In this document: positions 1 through 9,300 of the stretch, piece after piece
Numbering within the stretch: the first letter of the stretch is position 1
How the letters are laid out: each line of letters begins with the position of its first letter
DNA from: a virus
Reading direction: 5' to 3' (one strand)
Virus record (IMG/VR): IMGVR_UViG_3300042569_002054
DNA: 64,000 bases
Notes under the pieces: generated by a model
Told to the model about the DNA's origin: nothing
Seen by the model: the letters and a program-made list of their open reading frames with translations, nothing else
Database searches by the model: none
Made by a program: the position numbers and the translations under genes

Positions 1-2
1 TT

Positions 3-1775
3 GCGAATATATCCTTTAACAATGGTACATTTGACCTTATTGTACGTGATTTCTTTGACACAGATTCAAATCCTGTTGTTTTAGAAAAGTTTACAAACTG
101 TAGTATGGACCCTGCTGAAAATAGTTACGTAGCTAAAAAAGTTGGTTCATCTGATGGTGAATACGCAGTACAGTCAAAATACATTTTTGTTGAGGTAAAT
201 CAGGAAGCTCCAGTGGATGCTCTTCCTTGTGGATTTGAAGGTTTTGTTACAAGAACATACTCAGGTGCTAAATCACCATTCCAAATCTTCAAGACAAAAT
301 ATGATTATCCTGGTGAAGTTATTTATAACCCACCGTTTGGAAATTCATCTAATGGTTCTAACAGTACACCAAGTGCTGGTGATAACATAAGAAGAACTTA
401 TTTAGGTATTTCTTCAGCGGTAGCATTTTCATCGGATGCACCAGGTTATGACCCTGATTTCTTCCAATACAAAGGGATGCCAAATCCGAATTCGTCAACT
501 TGTACACCACCTTCTCATGTATATTGGCCAAATGTTACAAAAGGTTTCCACATGGATTCAGGAGCAACTTCTATTGTTATAGCAAATGCTTACCAAAACA
601 GTGGTCAAACGGCATTTGAAGTTGGAGCTGGGTCGTTTAATTCAGAACCTACGTCACAAACAAGTCCATATTACTTCTTATACTCTCGTAAGTTTACATT
701 CCTTGTTCAAGCAGGATTTGACGGATGGGATATATACAGAGAATATAGAACAAATGCTGACAGATTCCGTTTAGGAAACACAGGATACAAACAAGGAGCA
801 CTATCTTGTGCACCGTACACAGATGCTACAGGATGGGGAGCGTTTAAACAAATCACAGTTGGTGATAACACGGTTGATTACGCAAATACTGACTATTACG
901 CATACTTGTTAGGTGTACAGTCGTTTGCAAATCCTGAAATAACAAACATCAATGTTCTTGTAACTCCTGGTGTTGATTATGTTAACAATAGTGATTTAGT
1001 TTCAGCAACAATTGACATTGTTGAAAACGATAGAGCGGACTCAATCTACATTTGTACAACTCCTGACTTTAACTTGTTCCAACCATCAACTTCAATGGAT
1101 AACTTAATTTACCCACAAGAAGCGGTTGACAACTTAGAAAATACAGGAATTGACTCTAACTACACTGCTACTTACTATCCATGGGTTCTTACTCGTGATA
1201 CTGTAAACAATACACAAATCTATATACCAGCAACTGCTGAAGTTACAAGAAACTTAGCGTTAACTGACAATATAGCTTTCCCATGGTTCGCAACTGCGGG
1301 TTACACAAGAGGTATTGTAAATGCTATTAGAGCAAGAAAGAGATTAACTCAAGAAGATAGAGACACTCTTTACAAGGGAAGAGTTAACCCAATCGCAACT
1401 TTTAACGACGTTGGAACTGTAATTTGGGGTAACAAAACTCTTCAAATTAGAGAGTCAGCTCTTGACAGAATAAACGTAAGAAGATTGTTGTTACAAGCTC
1501 GTAAGTTGATTTCAGCAGTAGCTGTAAGATTATTGTTTGAACAAAACGATAACTTGGTAAGACAACAGTTCTTAGATTCTGTTAACCCAATCTTAGATGC
1601 AATTCGTAGAGACAGAGGTTTGTATGACTTCAGAGTTACTGTTCAAAACACACCTGAAGACTTAGATGCTAACCAATTAGTAGGTAAGATTTATATCAAA
1701 CCAACTAAAGCTCTTGAATTCATAGATATTGAATTCTTAATCACTCCAACAGGAGCGTCGTTTGAAAATATTTAA
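3..1775 (+). CDS. gp18: Tail sheath protein (T4 gp18-like), 5'-truncated by window edge
   Basis: Frame is open from position 3 (ANISFNNGTFDLIVRDFFDTD...) so ATG 105 is internal; C-terminal sheath motifs YYPW, PWFATAGYTRG, RDTLYKGRVNPI, IWGNKTL, DRINVRRLL, IKPTKALEFI. Confidence 0.95.
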   Translation, partial: ANISFNNGTFDLIVRDFFDTDSNPVVLEKFTNCSMDPAENSYVAKKVGSSDGEYAVQSKYIFVEVNQEAPVDALPCGFEGFVTRTYSGAKSPFQIFKTKYDYPGEVIYNPPFGNSSNGSNSTPSAGDNIRRTYLGISSAVAFSSDAPGYDPDFFQYKGMPNPNSSTCTPPSHVYWPNVTKGFHMDSGATSIVIANAYQNSGQTAFEVGAGSFNSEPTSQTSPYYFLYSRKFTFLVQAGFDGWDIYREYRTNADRFRLGNTGYKQGALSCAPYTDATGWGAFKQITVGDNTVDYANTDYYAYLLGVQSFANPEITNINVLVTPGVDYVNNSDLVSATIDIVENDRADSIYICTTPDFNLFQPSTSMDNLIYPQEAVDNLENTGIDSNYTATYYPWVLTRDTVNNTQIYIPATAEVTRNLALTDNIAFPWFATAGYTRGIVNAIRARKRLTQEDRDTLYKGRVNPIATFNDVGTVIWGNKTLQIRESALDRINVRRLLLQARKLISAVAVRLLFEQNDNLVRQQFLDSVNPILDAIRRDRGLYDFRVTVQNTPEDLDANQLVGKIYIKPTKALEFIDIEFLITPTGASFENI

Positions 1776-1793
1776 TCAACGATAAAATAATTG

Positions 1794-1820
1794 AAAACCC
1801 TCACGAAAGTGGGGGTTTTT
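1794..1820 (+). terminator. Intrinsic terminator after sheath gene
   Basis: AAAACCCTCAC-GAAA-GTGGGGGTTTT stem (one G-U pair) with T run. Confidence 0.8.
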
Positions 1821-1842
1821 ATTTTACATAATATTTATAGAT

Positions 1843-2658
1843 ATGAAAATATTTTTAGTAGAAGAATTTGATGAAGAAATCACACCCGATTTAAAATATT
1901 ATGCTTTTGATTGGGATGATAATATTCTTACAATGCCGACACAAATAATACTTCGTACCGAAGATAATAAAGAAGTTGGTATGTCAACGGAAGACTTTGC
2001 GGAATATCGTGTAAAAGTTGGAGTTGAACCTTTTGAATATAAAAATAAAACAGTTGTTGGATTTGCTGACGACCCGTTCAGAAATTTTGGAACCAAAGGG
2101 GATAAGAGGTTCATTATTGACGCAATGATGGCAAAAGAAGGTCCAGCATGGGACGACTTTGTTGAAGCGATTAATGGGGGTTCAATCTTTTCAATAGTTA
2201 CCGCAAGAGGACATTCACCATTGGCTTTACGTAGGGCGATTGAAAATATGATTGAAACTAATTTTAAGGGGATATCTAAAAAAGAATTAGTTAAAAATTT
2301 AAGAAAGTTTAGAAAGTTTGCAGGTGAAGAAGATATGACGGACAAAGAACTTATAAATGCTTATATGGATATGAATAAGTATTATCCTGTAACATTTGGA
2401 GCCGGTTCTGCCCAAAGTCCTGAAAAAGGAAAGGTTGAAGCTTTAAGAGAGTTTCAACAGTATGTAAAATATTTGGCAAACTTATTAAAAAAACCAATAA
2501 TGTTTAAAGATGATATTAGTAATAGATTTATACCTAAAATAGGTTTTTCAGATGATGATTTAAGAAATTTGGAAAAAGTTAAAGATGAATTATCAAAAGA
2601 CCCAGAAAATATTATTCAAACAATATCAACACATGGAGGAGAAAAGAAATTATATTAA
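1843..2658 (+). CDS. HAD-superfamily phosphatase-like protein
   Basis: Motif I AFDWDDNI (DxD), motif II IVTARGH, motif IV GFSDDD. Confidence 0.7.
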   Translation: MKIFLVEEFDEEITPDLKYYAFDWDDNILTMPTQIILRTEDNKEVGMSTEDFAEYRVKVGVEPFEYKNKTVVGFADDPFRNFGTKGDKRFIIDAMMAKEGPAWDDFVEAINGGSIFSIVTARGHSPLALRRAIENMIETNFKGISKKELVKNLRKFRKFAGEEDMTDKELINAYMDMNKYYPVTFGAGSAQSPEKGKVEALREFQQYVKYLANLLKKPIMFKDDISNRFIPKIGFSDDDLRNLEKVKDELSKDPENIIQTISTHGGEKKLY

Positions 2659-2774
2659 TATTTATAAACTGGACTTATAGCAAGTTTGACTGAAAAAAAG
2701 TTCAAAGTAAATAGAAAAATATTTAATTGAGACTATTTATAATAAAATAAAAGAAAATTTAAAAACAAAATAAT

Positions 2775-3263
2775 ATGGCTGATTTGTTAACCAAAATGCC
2801 CTTTCCATATGAACCCAAAAAGAAAAACAGGTTCATTTTGAGATTTCCTGATTCGTTGGGAATAAACGAGTGGTTTGTTCAATCTGCGGCTCGACCTAAA
2901 ATTACTATTAAATCAAATGATATTCCATTCTTGAATACCAAAAGATATGTTGCGGGTATGTATGAGTGGAACACTATTCAGGTTAAACTTCTTGACCCAA
3001 TCGGGCCATCAGCAGCTCAGGCTATGATGGAGTGGGTAAGATTACATGCTGAAGAAGTTACAGGTCGTATGGGATATGCCGCGGGTTACAAAAAAGACGT
3101 AGAACTTGAAATGTTAGACCCAACAGGTGTTGTTATTGAAAAGTGGTCATTAATACAATGTTTTTTAACTGACGTTGATTTTGGTAGTGTATCATATTCT
3201 GAAGATGGATTGGCTGATATCACTTTAACTCTTCGTCCCGACTATTGTGTATTACTTTACTAA
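2775..3263 (+). CDS. gp19: Tail tube protein (T4 gp19-like)
   Basis: 162 aa; YEPKKKNRFILRF, RPKI, DPIGPSAAQAMMEW, GRMGYAAGYKKD, LEMLDPTG pattern; follows sheath. Confidence 0.9.
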   Translation: MADLLTKMPFPYEPKKKNRFILRFPDSLGINEWFVQSAARPKITIKSNDIPFLNTKRYVAGMYEWNTIQVKLLDPIGPSAAQAMMEWVRLHAEEVTGRMGYAAGYKKDVELEMLDPTGVVIEKWSLIQCFLTDVDFGSVSYSEDGLADITLTLRPDYCVLLY

Positions 3264-3284
3264 TATTACTACAAACTTTATATT

Positions 3285-3310
3285 AAAACCCACAGAAATG
3301 TGGGTTTTTT
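3285..3310 (+). terminator. Intrinsic terminator after tail tube gene
   Basis: Perfect AAAACCCACA-GAAA-TGTGGGTTTT plus further Ts; same GAAA loop design as 1794. Confidence 0.85.
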
Positions 3311-3311
3311 A

Positions 3312-3340
3312 TTTACATAAAGATAATTTTAAACTATGTT
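3312..3340 (+). promoter_or_regulatory. Possible host-sigma-type promoter
   Basis: TTTACA-N17-TATGTT directly after the terminator and before ATG 3354; AT-rich background lowers significance. Confidence 0.4.
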
Positions 3341-3353
3341 TTAAACAAAAACT

Positions 3354-4106
3354 ATGGAAGATAATAGTGTAAATCAAATGAATTTCAACTTACCTCACGA
3401 CGTAATTCAATTACCGAGTCAGGGAAAATTTTATAAAAATAAAAAAAAGTCGGTTAAAGTTGGTTTTTTAACTGCTGCTGATGAAAATATTTTAGCAAGT
3501 GCTAGTAACGTTGGTGGAGACCAAATAATTTATAATTTAATCAGAAATAAAGTTTATGAACCTGATTTGAAGATTGAAGAAATGTTAGATGGCGACATCC
3601 AAGCAATTTTATTGTTTTTAAGAAATACATCATTTACACCTGAGTATAAATTAAATTTAATTGACCCTGAAACACAAAAACCTTTTGAAGTTTCTATTGT
3701 GTTAGATGAAATTAACTTTATTAAACCATTAGTTAACCCTGATGAAAATGGTTATTTTGAAACAATTCTTCCAAAATCTAACGTAAATGTAAAATTAAAA
3801 ATTCTTAATTTTGGTGAAATTAAAGAATTAAACGAAAGAGAATTATCTTATCCAAAAAACATGACTGTTCCAGTTGTAACTTGGAGATTACAAAAACAAA
3901 TAGTATCAATAGACGGGAATACCGATAAGGGGGAAATTGTTAAGTTTATAGAAAGGATGCCAATTATGGATTCAAAGTACATTACAAGATTTTTACAAGA
4001 AAATTCACCAGGATTAGATTTAACACAAGAAATTATAGCCCCATCTGGAAAAAAGGTACTTGCACGTATTACCTTTGGGGCAGAGTTTTTTCGACCTTTC
4101 TTCTGA
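3354..4106 (+). CDS. Baseplate hub / tail assembly chaperone (T4 gp26-like)
   Basis: LPHDVIQLPSQGKFY, FLTAADENIL, GDIQAILLFLR, DSKYI...PGLDL; lies between tube and tape measure. Confidence 0.7.
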   Translation: MEDNSVNQMNFNLPHDVIQLPSQGKFYKNKKKSVKVGFLTAADENILASASNVGGDQIIYNLIRNKVYEPDLKIEEMLDGDIQAILLFLRNTSFTPEYKLNLIDPETQKPFEVSIVLDEINFIKPLVNPDENGYFETILPKSNVNVKLKILNFGEIKELNERELSYPKNMTVPVVTWRLQKQIVSIDGNTDKGEIVKFIERMPIMDSKYITRFLQENSPGLDLTQEIIAPSGKKVLARITFGAEFFRPFF

Positions 4107-4254
4107 TTATTTAGAATATCTTTTAGACGAATACATTTATCTGTCACGACAATTAACAATGTCGTATTCGGACTTTTTAAAAATGCCTACTTTCCAAAGA
4201 AAGTTTTTAATTAACAAGTTGATTGATTTAAATAGTAATAAAAATCAAAGTTAA
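4060..4254 (+). CDS. gp51/GT-like chaperone extension ORF, probably reached by frameshift from the upstream gene
   Basis: Only a TTG start inside the upstream gene; YLLDEYIYLSRQLTMSYSDFLKMPTFQRKFLI resembles the chaperone-extension MPxxxR pattern; TTT TTT CGA at 4086-4094. Confidence 0.6.
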   Translation: MHVLPLGQSFFDLSSDYLEYLLDEYIYLSRQLTMSYSDFLKMPTFQRKFLINKLIDLNSNKNQS

Positions 4255-4277
4255 GTTATTTATTAATAAAACATTTT

Positions 4278-6290
4278 ATGTTCAATCCAAATGACGGAAA
4301 TACAGACCCTAATAATTTACAAGGTCAACAAATTGGTTATGTTAGATTGACCCAGCTTGCTAATGATTTTTTAGAAGTAACTAAATCTCAAGCATTTGCT
4401 TTTAAAAATTCTGCGGAATATCTAACTAAAATGGACCAAAATATGGGTTCATTGGTTAAAAGTATGGGTGTTACTAGGGAATATTCACAGCTTTTAAAAC
4501 AAGAACTAGGTAGAGCAGTTACAGAAGTAACTGCAATGGGTGGTAAACAAGAAGACATCAATAGATTACAAAAAGAATACATTGAAGCAACAAATAGAAC
4601 GATTGTTTTAAGTACTGAAAATGTTGAAAAGTTATTTGCGGTATCGCAAGTTACAGGAGTTGCAGCAAAAACATTAGAAACTTCTTTTAGAAACGCTGGT
4701 ATGGAGACAACCCATATTGAAGAAGAAATGAGAACAGTTTACAATACTGCAAATAGTATGGGTGTCAATGCTCAAGTAGTTTCGGCAATGGTTGTTAATA
4801 ATTTAGACAAAATGAATAGGTACGGGTTTGGTACTGGTGTTGAAGGTATGGCTAAAATGGCGGCAAAAGCGGCAGCAATGAGAGTTGATATTTCACAAAC
4901 CATGGCGGTTGCTGACAAATTATTTTCACCTGAGTCTGCAATAGACGTTGCATCTACTTTACAAAGGTTAGGTGCAACTTCAAGTGCGTTGCTTGACCCA
5001 TTAAAATTAATGGATTTAGCTCAAAATAATGTACCTGAGTTACAAAACCAATTATCCGAATTATCCAAAACCTTTACAAAATTTGATGAAAAAACAGGTA
5101 AGTTTCAAATTATGCCTGAAGCAAGAAGACAACTTGGTGAAGTCGCAACTGCTTTAGGTATTGACAGAGCTGAATTTGAAAAAATGGCATTAGAGTCTGC
5201 AAAAATTGAAAAGAAAATGAGTGAAATTGACTTTTCAGGTTTAATGCCTAACGCAACTGAAGAAGATAAAATGTTGGTTGCAAATCTTGCGGAATTTAAT
5301 AAAGCTAAAGGTGAATATACTGTTAAATTTACCGACCCAGAATCTGGTAAAACAGTGGAAAAAGGATTGAGTGAGCTTAAAGATGGACAATATGATTATT
5401 TAAATGAACTTAAAAAACAACAAAATCTTGACGACCCACAAAAACAATTAGTTGATGTTGCTAAACAACAGTTAAGCTATACTGAAACATTAGTTAATCA
5501 AAACGCTTCCTTAAATGCGACAATACAAACTCAGTATGCAATAACCAAAGAAGGTCAAGATTATTTGAAATCCGCGGTTGAAGCACAAATAAAGGCGTAT
5601 GAGGTTGGTTTTTCAAAATTTTCATTAGATAAATCAAATAAAAGAGAATTTGGTACAACAACTTATGAAACTTTAACTAAATTAAATAAAGGTGAGTTGC
5701 AAATGACAGATGAGGCAATAAAAAAACTTATTACGGATATTGGTTTGGGAATAGGTGAAAATTATATTGATGTTGCAACACAATTAGGTGAAAAAATTGA
5801 ACAGAACCCATTTAATGCTGCTTTAGGTTCAGTGGCAAGTAAAATGGAAATAGTAGATAAAACTTTAACTACTGTGGGCGTAGACCTTAAAGCAATTGGT
5901 GATGTATTAACAACTGCGGCAGTGGAATTTCCGATAATAAAAAGTGTCTTAAACTTCATAACTGGAACTAACCTACCTGAAGAAAAAGATGTTGTTGTAA
6001 ATGCAAATGGTAGTAAATTTTCTTTAGACAAAGGTGATTTATTAATGGCTGTGAATCAAGAAATGTTAGCTCAATCAATAGGTGCCTCAGGACAAGTTTT
6101 TGCTAATAATACAACACCTGAAACTAAATCATCACCTAAAGAAATTAAAATTACATTAGATGTAAATGCCAATTCAAATGATTTACAAGTTAAAAACGCA
6201 ATACTATCGGCATTTAATAATGACGATACTTTAAGAACATTAAGAGATAAAATTGGAGTAGTTGGTTCTGATTATGGTCTAACTGTATAA
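4278..6290 (+). CDS. Tape measure protein
   Basis: 670 aa, helical Ala/Lys/Glu/Gln-rich; position after tube and chaperone genes. Confidence 0.7.
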   Translation: MFNPNDGNTDPNNLQGQQIGYVRLTQLANDFLEVTKSQAFAFKNSAEYLTKMDQNMGSLVKSMGVTREYSQLLKQELGRAVTEVTAMGGKQEDINRLQKEYIEATNRTIVLSTENVEKLFAVSQVTGVAAKTLETSFRNAGMETTHIEEEMRTVYNTANSMGVNAQVVSAMVVNNLDKMNRYGFGTGVEGMAKMAAKAAAMRVDISQTMAVADKLFSPESAIDVASTLQRLGATSSALLDPLKLMDLAQNNVPELQNQLSELSKTFTKFDEKTGKFQIMPEARRQLGEVATALGIDRAEFEKMALESAKIEKKMSEIDFSGLMPNATEEDKMLVANLAEFNKAKGEYTVKFTDPESGKTVEKGLSELKDGQYDYLNELKKQQNLDDPQKQLVDVAKQQLSYTETLVNQNASLNATIQTQYAITKEGQDYLKSAVEAQIKAYEVGFSKFSLDKSNKREFGTTTYETLTKLNKGELQMTDEAIKKLITDIGLGIGENYIDVATQLGEKIEQNPFNAALGSVASKMEIVDKTLTTVGVDLKAIGDVLTTAAVEFPIIKSVLNFITGTNLPEEKDVVVNANGSKFSLDKGDLLMAVNQEMLAQSIGASGQVFANNTTPETKSSPKEIKITLDVNANSNDLQVKNAILSAFNNDDTLRTLRDKIGVVGSDYGLTV

Positions 6291-6331
6291 ACATAAAATT
6301 ATTTCTATTCTATTTATAGAAAAAAGTATAG

Positions 6332-9300
6332 ATGGCTGTAGAATTCTTATCATTCAACAATTCGGAACAATTTAGAAAAGCGTTAGTTGCAAGGAATTTA
6401 GCACCGTATAGTGTTCAGGGTAATTTTACTGCTCCACAAGGATTACAAAACTATCCAATTAAATTACAAGACAATTCACCAGCAGATTCTGAAAGTGTAA
6501 GTTCAAATTTATATATTGAACCAGCATATAGTACAAGAATGAATTTGTATAGTCCCGCAGGTCAGTTTTTTGATGGGGCTTTGATTGTTGATAATACAGT
6601 CCTTCCTGGTGGAACGGGTATTGAAAATAACCCTTTAGGTACTTCACAACCATATAGTTTACAGTCAGATAGAATAGTGTCGAACAATGAACAGTTTATT
6701 AATAATGTTGAAGTTATTAATAGATACTTACCACCCGAAGGTTATGAAGATTTATTTGTTACATCGGATTTAATACTTGGAAAGTTATCTGCCGGTTCAC
6801 AAGTTTATGGTGATGGTAGAGCCGCCCCAATCATATTTGTTCAGGGAGATTATACTATTTACGAAATATTATTTGGTGAAGCAGCGTTAGCAAACGACTC
6901 GTTTTTACAACAATTAGCAGCTCAAAGTTTAAGAGAGGCGACTCAGTCTCGTATTGCTAGAGAAATTGAAAGAAATACTCTTGGGGCGATTAATCTTGAC
7001 ACTCTTACTAATCCATTTAATGCAACATTATTAGCAACAGGACAACAACCTTTTATTTATAGAGATTATACAATTACAAAACCTGATGGTTTATTAGATT
7101 ACGCGGCGTTTTTTATACAAAAGTTAAGTGGTACTTATTTACCCGCATCTCCTATTGAGGGAAGTTATTTTTCAGATGTTGAACTTTTAAGATTACGACC
7201 ACTACAAGCTTTAGGTAATTTAGGTGGTGGTAATATTATTAATAGACCAAATCCGTCAATTAAGTTCTTACAAAACACGGGAGCTGGTACTAAGTCTGTT
7301 TTATTTAATGCTCTTAACTATAATAGGTTTAAACCTAACTACGCTATAACATCTACACAGGTAGGTAATTTTATTAATAATTTATTTGATAATTTTACTT
7401 CAATAGGAAACCTTTATGTTGGTAGACAAGAAACAGATATTACAAATATTGTATCACCACCAAACGCTTCACCTATTGACGCTTTTGGAATACCAACACA
7501 AGCTCCTGTATATGGGCCTGATAAAGTTGGTATATTATATGAAGGTGACCAAAATTTTCAATTCGGTTTAGCTGGATTAAATTACGAACAAAAACCTTCT
7601 TTTGATGGTGGATTTGTTTGGATTACTGAATTTACAAAACCTGAGATTGGAAGAAATGTTGGACAAGGTGGACAATTATTAAGTAACAATCCAAATTTCG
7701 CACCACTGGCATCTTCTTATAATCAAGTTTTATCTACAAACTATACATTTAGACCTGGTTCTATTTTAGACGTTACACAACGATTAATTAACTCAACACC
7801 GGCACAAGGAGCGGATAGATTAGGACATGTTGGAAATGCGATTAACCAAGCGTCTAAAGTATTTTCAGATGGTTATAAAATATTAACCAAAGGTTCAAAA
7901 GTTAAAAAATATGTTAATAACTCAGGTACTGAGGTAGGACAAGAATATTGTAGAATTTTTACAAAAGATAAACCTTATTACACATATGCTAATTTACAAA
8001 AAACAGTTGCTAATGACTCAGGTTTAGAAACTAATGGTAACATTAGAAGGTTTACTTATTCTGTTTTAGATAGTACCTACAATCTTAATATAACACCTTT
8101 TAAAAATGGTGGAACAAATGTTATTAATGGACAGGTAAAGAAATACATGTTGTCTTTAGAAAACTTAGCTTGGAAAGATACTCCTGAATATAATCAACTT
8201 CCATCCGCTGAAAAAGGGCCTAATGGTGGTAGAGTTATGTGGTTTCCACCATATGATTTAACTTTTGATGATAGTTCTACACCATCATTTAATGAAACAG
8301 ATTTTATTGGTAGACCTGAACCAATATACACTTATAAAAATACTAAAAGGTCGGGTAGTTTAAATTTTAAAATTATTGTTGACCATCCGTCCGTGTTAAA
8401 TTTAATTGTTAATAAAGAATTACAAAATCAATCTAACTCAACCGTAACATCAATAGTTGAGTCATTTTTTGCGGGATGTAAGAGGTATGATATATATGAA
8501 TTGGCTCAGAAATTTAGTTCATTAAGTTTAGGTACTATTGACGAAGTTTACCAACAGGTCTTGGAAAGTTTGGATACATCAGAAAGTGATAAAGTAGACG
8601 CTTTAACACAAATACCACAAGAGGATAATTCAGGGCCAAAAGAATTACCTAATTTAAGTTCATATGTTGGTAACGCTTTGTATTTTGATTCAGACCCAAG
8701 AGACTCTAATTATAATCAACCATATCCTGACATTTATGAATATGAAGTTGTTCTAAATATAAATTCGGCATTTTTTGATGGTGTTGACGCTTCTAAAAGT
8801 TTTTTAGAAAACACAATAACCCCAAATTATGAAAACTTTATTGAATTGGCACAAGAAATTGCAGATGCGTTAGTGAATGATAATGAAGTTAAAATAGATT
8901 TAAAGGCAACTAATTTTGGTGTTGGAAATTTTTCAGGGCCTGAATCACAAAATTTAGGTGAAGATAGAAAACAAAGTATTATTGATTATTTTAATCAACT
9001 TACGTACCAAGGTACAAACATTTCAGACTATGTTGAAGCTAAAAGATTAAAAATTGATGTTAACTCTGGAACTATTGATAATTACAAACCTAAAGATAGT
9101 AGTCAAACTTATAATTGTAATGGTAATAATATTGCCGATGAATATAATGTAATCCGTGTCGCCTGTAGTGCTTTGGTTATTAGTAAAATTACAGTACAAC
9201 CGTATACACCATTTGGTACGAGAGTAGCTAAATCGGTAAGTGAGGGTTATAATAATACTATCGGATTAAAACAAGTACCTGTCGCTGATTTTCAGAGTAA

